Shown here piece after piece: positions 37,321-38,396 of a stretch of 38,396 nucleotides of DNA; positions within the stretch are counted from its first letter, which is position 1; each line of letters begins with the position of its first letter. The translations under genes were made by a program, and so were the position numbers. The notes beneath the pieces were generated by a model. That model did not search any database, had not been told where the DNA came from, and saw only the letters and a list, made by a program, of their open reading frames with translations. Source of the stretch: an uncultured Campylobacterales bacterium. GTDB lineage: Bacteria; Campylobacterota_A; Desulfurellia; JAADFJ01. Where the stretch lies: contig CAZAPZ010000002.1 of NCBI GenBank assembly GCA_964487285.1, positions 1 to 38,396 of the forward strand, in the 5' to 3' direction.

Positions 37321-37369
37321 AAAAGATATAAAAGGCATCTTTTGAAGAGTTGAAAAACAAAAGATGCCT
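37321..37369 (-). terminator. Rho-independent terminator downstream of the porin-like gene
   Basis: A perfect 12 bp inverted repeat, AGGCATCTTTTG (37333-37344) and CAAAAGATGCCT (37358-37369), with a 13 nt loop. It is followed on the - strand by TTTATATCTTTT. Confidence 0.65.
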
Positions 37370-37436
37370 AAAAATCGATTCTTGAGTATCGAATTAAGTA
37401 AAAATATTTTTCCCGAATTACCTTTCTTGTTTGTGT

Positions 37437-38396
37437 TTAAAACGAATAATCATAACTCATCCAAAATGCATTTCCACTTGTTGTAGTAAAACTATTAGTA
37501 CTACCACTATAGTAATTACCGCCATCCACTGTATACCTATCCCATATATGATCCAATTCCGCTGATACAGTAGAACTATTTGTCACATTATATGCAACAT
37601 TGGCAAATGTCGTTCTAACATCTTTAACTGCTCCTGGCATAAAATAATCATCGCCACTGTTGTTGGAGTGCGAGAAATTTGCAGAGTCATATCCAGCTGC
37701 AAATGTAGTATTTGCTATAGGGGCAAAGCTCGCCTCAATATTCCACCACGTTAAATGTTCTTGTATAAGTTTATTTTTAGCAAGATTATACACATATGAC
37801 ACATTTGTACCTATATTCTCATTATTTGCCGTACTTAAACCGGCAAGGCCAACTAATCCATTTGTATAATAACCATTTGCCATAAATGTAAACATGGAAA
37901 TAGGAATGCTAATTCCGCCGCCAATAGCATAAGGTGTTTTTGCATGTTCTTTACTATTGTACTCAAGTTCAACGGGAGCAATTTCACCTTCTACATATGC
38001 TGCAGGCGATCCGAATGATGTCGCAATATTTAAAGGCAGATATGCAGCTACCGTAGGAACAACGGTTCTACTTAAAGTAACGGAGGAAGAAGTAGTTTGT
38101 GTATTATCCAATACCATACTATTTGCATTGCTTTCAAACCCTATCACGGGAGCAAACGATGATCCTGAACCTAAGCTAAAACTATTGCCTATTTCAATCA
38201 ATCCAGGCTGACCTACGCCATTTGCTCCTACAGGTGCCTGAACGGCAGCTGAAAATGTTGGTGTCTGAAACACCTCACTATTCTTACCCAACAGTATATG
38301 AGCATTTCCAAATGTGTGTTTCACATAACCGTTCTTGAGGTAAAATATACCACCGTCATCATATGCCATTAATATATTAGCAGATGTATTAGATTT
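37437..38396 (-). CDS. Porin-like outer-membrane beta-barrel protein (5' end outside the window)
   Basis: The frame stays open past the track's ATG at 38369 to the window edge, and no signal peptide follows that ATG. The sequence is Gly/Ser/Asn/Tyr-rich with alternating-hydrophobic strands. The C-terminus ...AFWMSYDYSF ends in an aromatic Phe, as is typical of OMP beta-signals. Confidence 0.5.
   Translation of the reverse strand, partial: KSNTSANILMAYDDGGIFYLKNGYVKHTFGNAHILLGKNSEVFQTPTFSAAVQAPVGANGVGQPGLIEIGNSFSLGSGSSFAPVIGFESNANSMVLDNTQTTSSSVTLSRTVVPTVAAYLPLNIATSFGSPAAYVEGEIAPVELEYNSKEHAKTPYAIGGGISIPISMFTFMANGYYTNGLVGLAGLSTANNENIGTNVSYVYNLAKNKLIQEHLTWWNIEASFAPIANTTFAAGYDSANFSHSNNSGDDYFMPGAVKDVRTTFANVAYNVTNSSTVSAELDHIWDRYTVDGGNYYSGSTNSFTTTSGNAFWMSYDYSF

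Noticed and set aside
1-38396. CRISPR arrays, rRNA genes, tmRNA/RNase P/SRP RNA, and intact defence or toxin-antitoxin modules
   Set aside because: Reading the intergenic regions turned up no regularly spaced direct repeats and no conserved RNA signatures. No intact defence-type gene was recognised, and the only methyltransferase is a pseudogene with no partner nuclease.

Overview
This is a 38.4 kb, low-GC chromosomal segment from a diderm, flagellated, probably anaerobic bacterium. I cannot assign a taxon from the sequence alone. About 33 intact genes are tightly packed and almost all are housekeeping.

Gene content in order:
- (+) A 5'-truncated HTH-cupin regulator, then a four-gene 2-oxoacid:ferredoxin oxidoreductase operon in gamma / delta-slot / alpha / beta order. 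The delta-slot gene is a 535 aa GltD-like flavoprotein fused to the delta ferredoxin.
- (-) Aconitase-family hydratase, hflC, hflK, ftsY.
- (+) A contiguous late flagellar block flgH-flgI-flgJ-flgM-flgN-flgK-flgL with stop/start overlaps.
- (-) A marR-MFP-RND-OMF efflux operon, an Rrf2 regulator, polA, ilvE.
- (+) tRNA-Val(CAC), ispD, ispF, recG, bamD, hsp20, lon.

The only accessory-looking stretch is 34.27-37.43 kb, between lon and a 5'-truncated porin-like gene. It is a graveyard of decayed mobile DNA. It holds a Dam-type methyltransferase with an in-frame stop and a homopolymer frameshift, and the methyltransferase 3' end is replaced in-frame by a PP2C/SpoIIE phosphatase domain. It also holds a tyrosine-recombinase remnant and a multiply frameshifted IS21-family istA.

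I found no CRISPR array, no rRNA, and no convincing intact novel multi-gene system. The observations most worth follow-up are the flavoprotein-delta fusion in the OFOR operon, the Dam::PP2C chimera, the FlgJ rod-binding::SLT architecture, the double-length FlgL, and a short motif repeated between the por/acn intergenic region and the flgI/flgJ junction.

All functional calls rest on motif recognition in the translated ORFs by eye. No database search was run.
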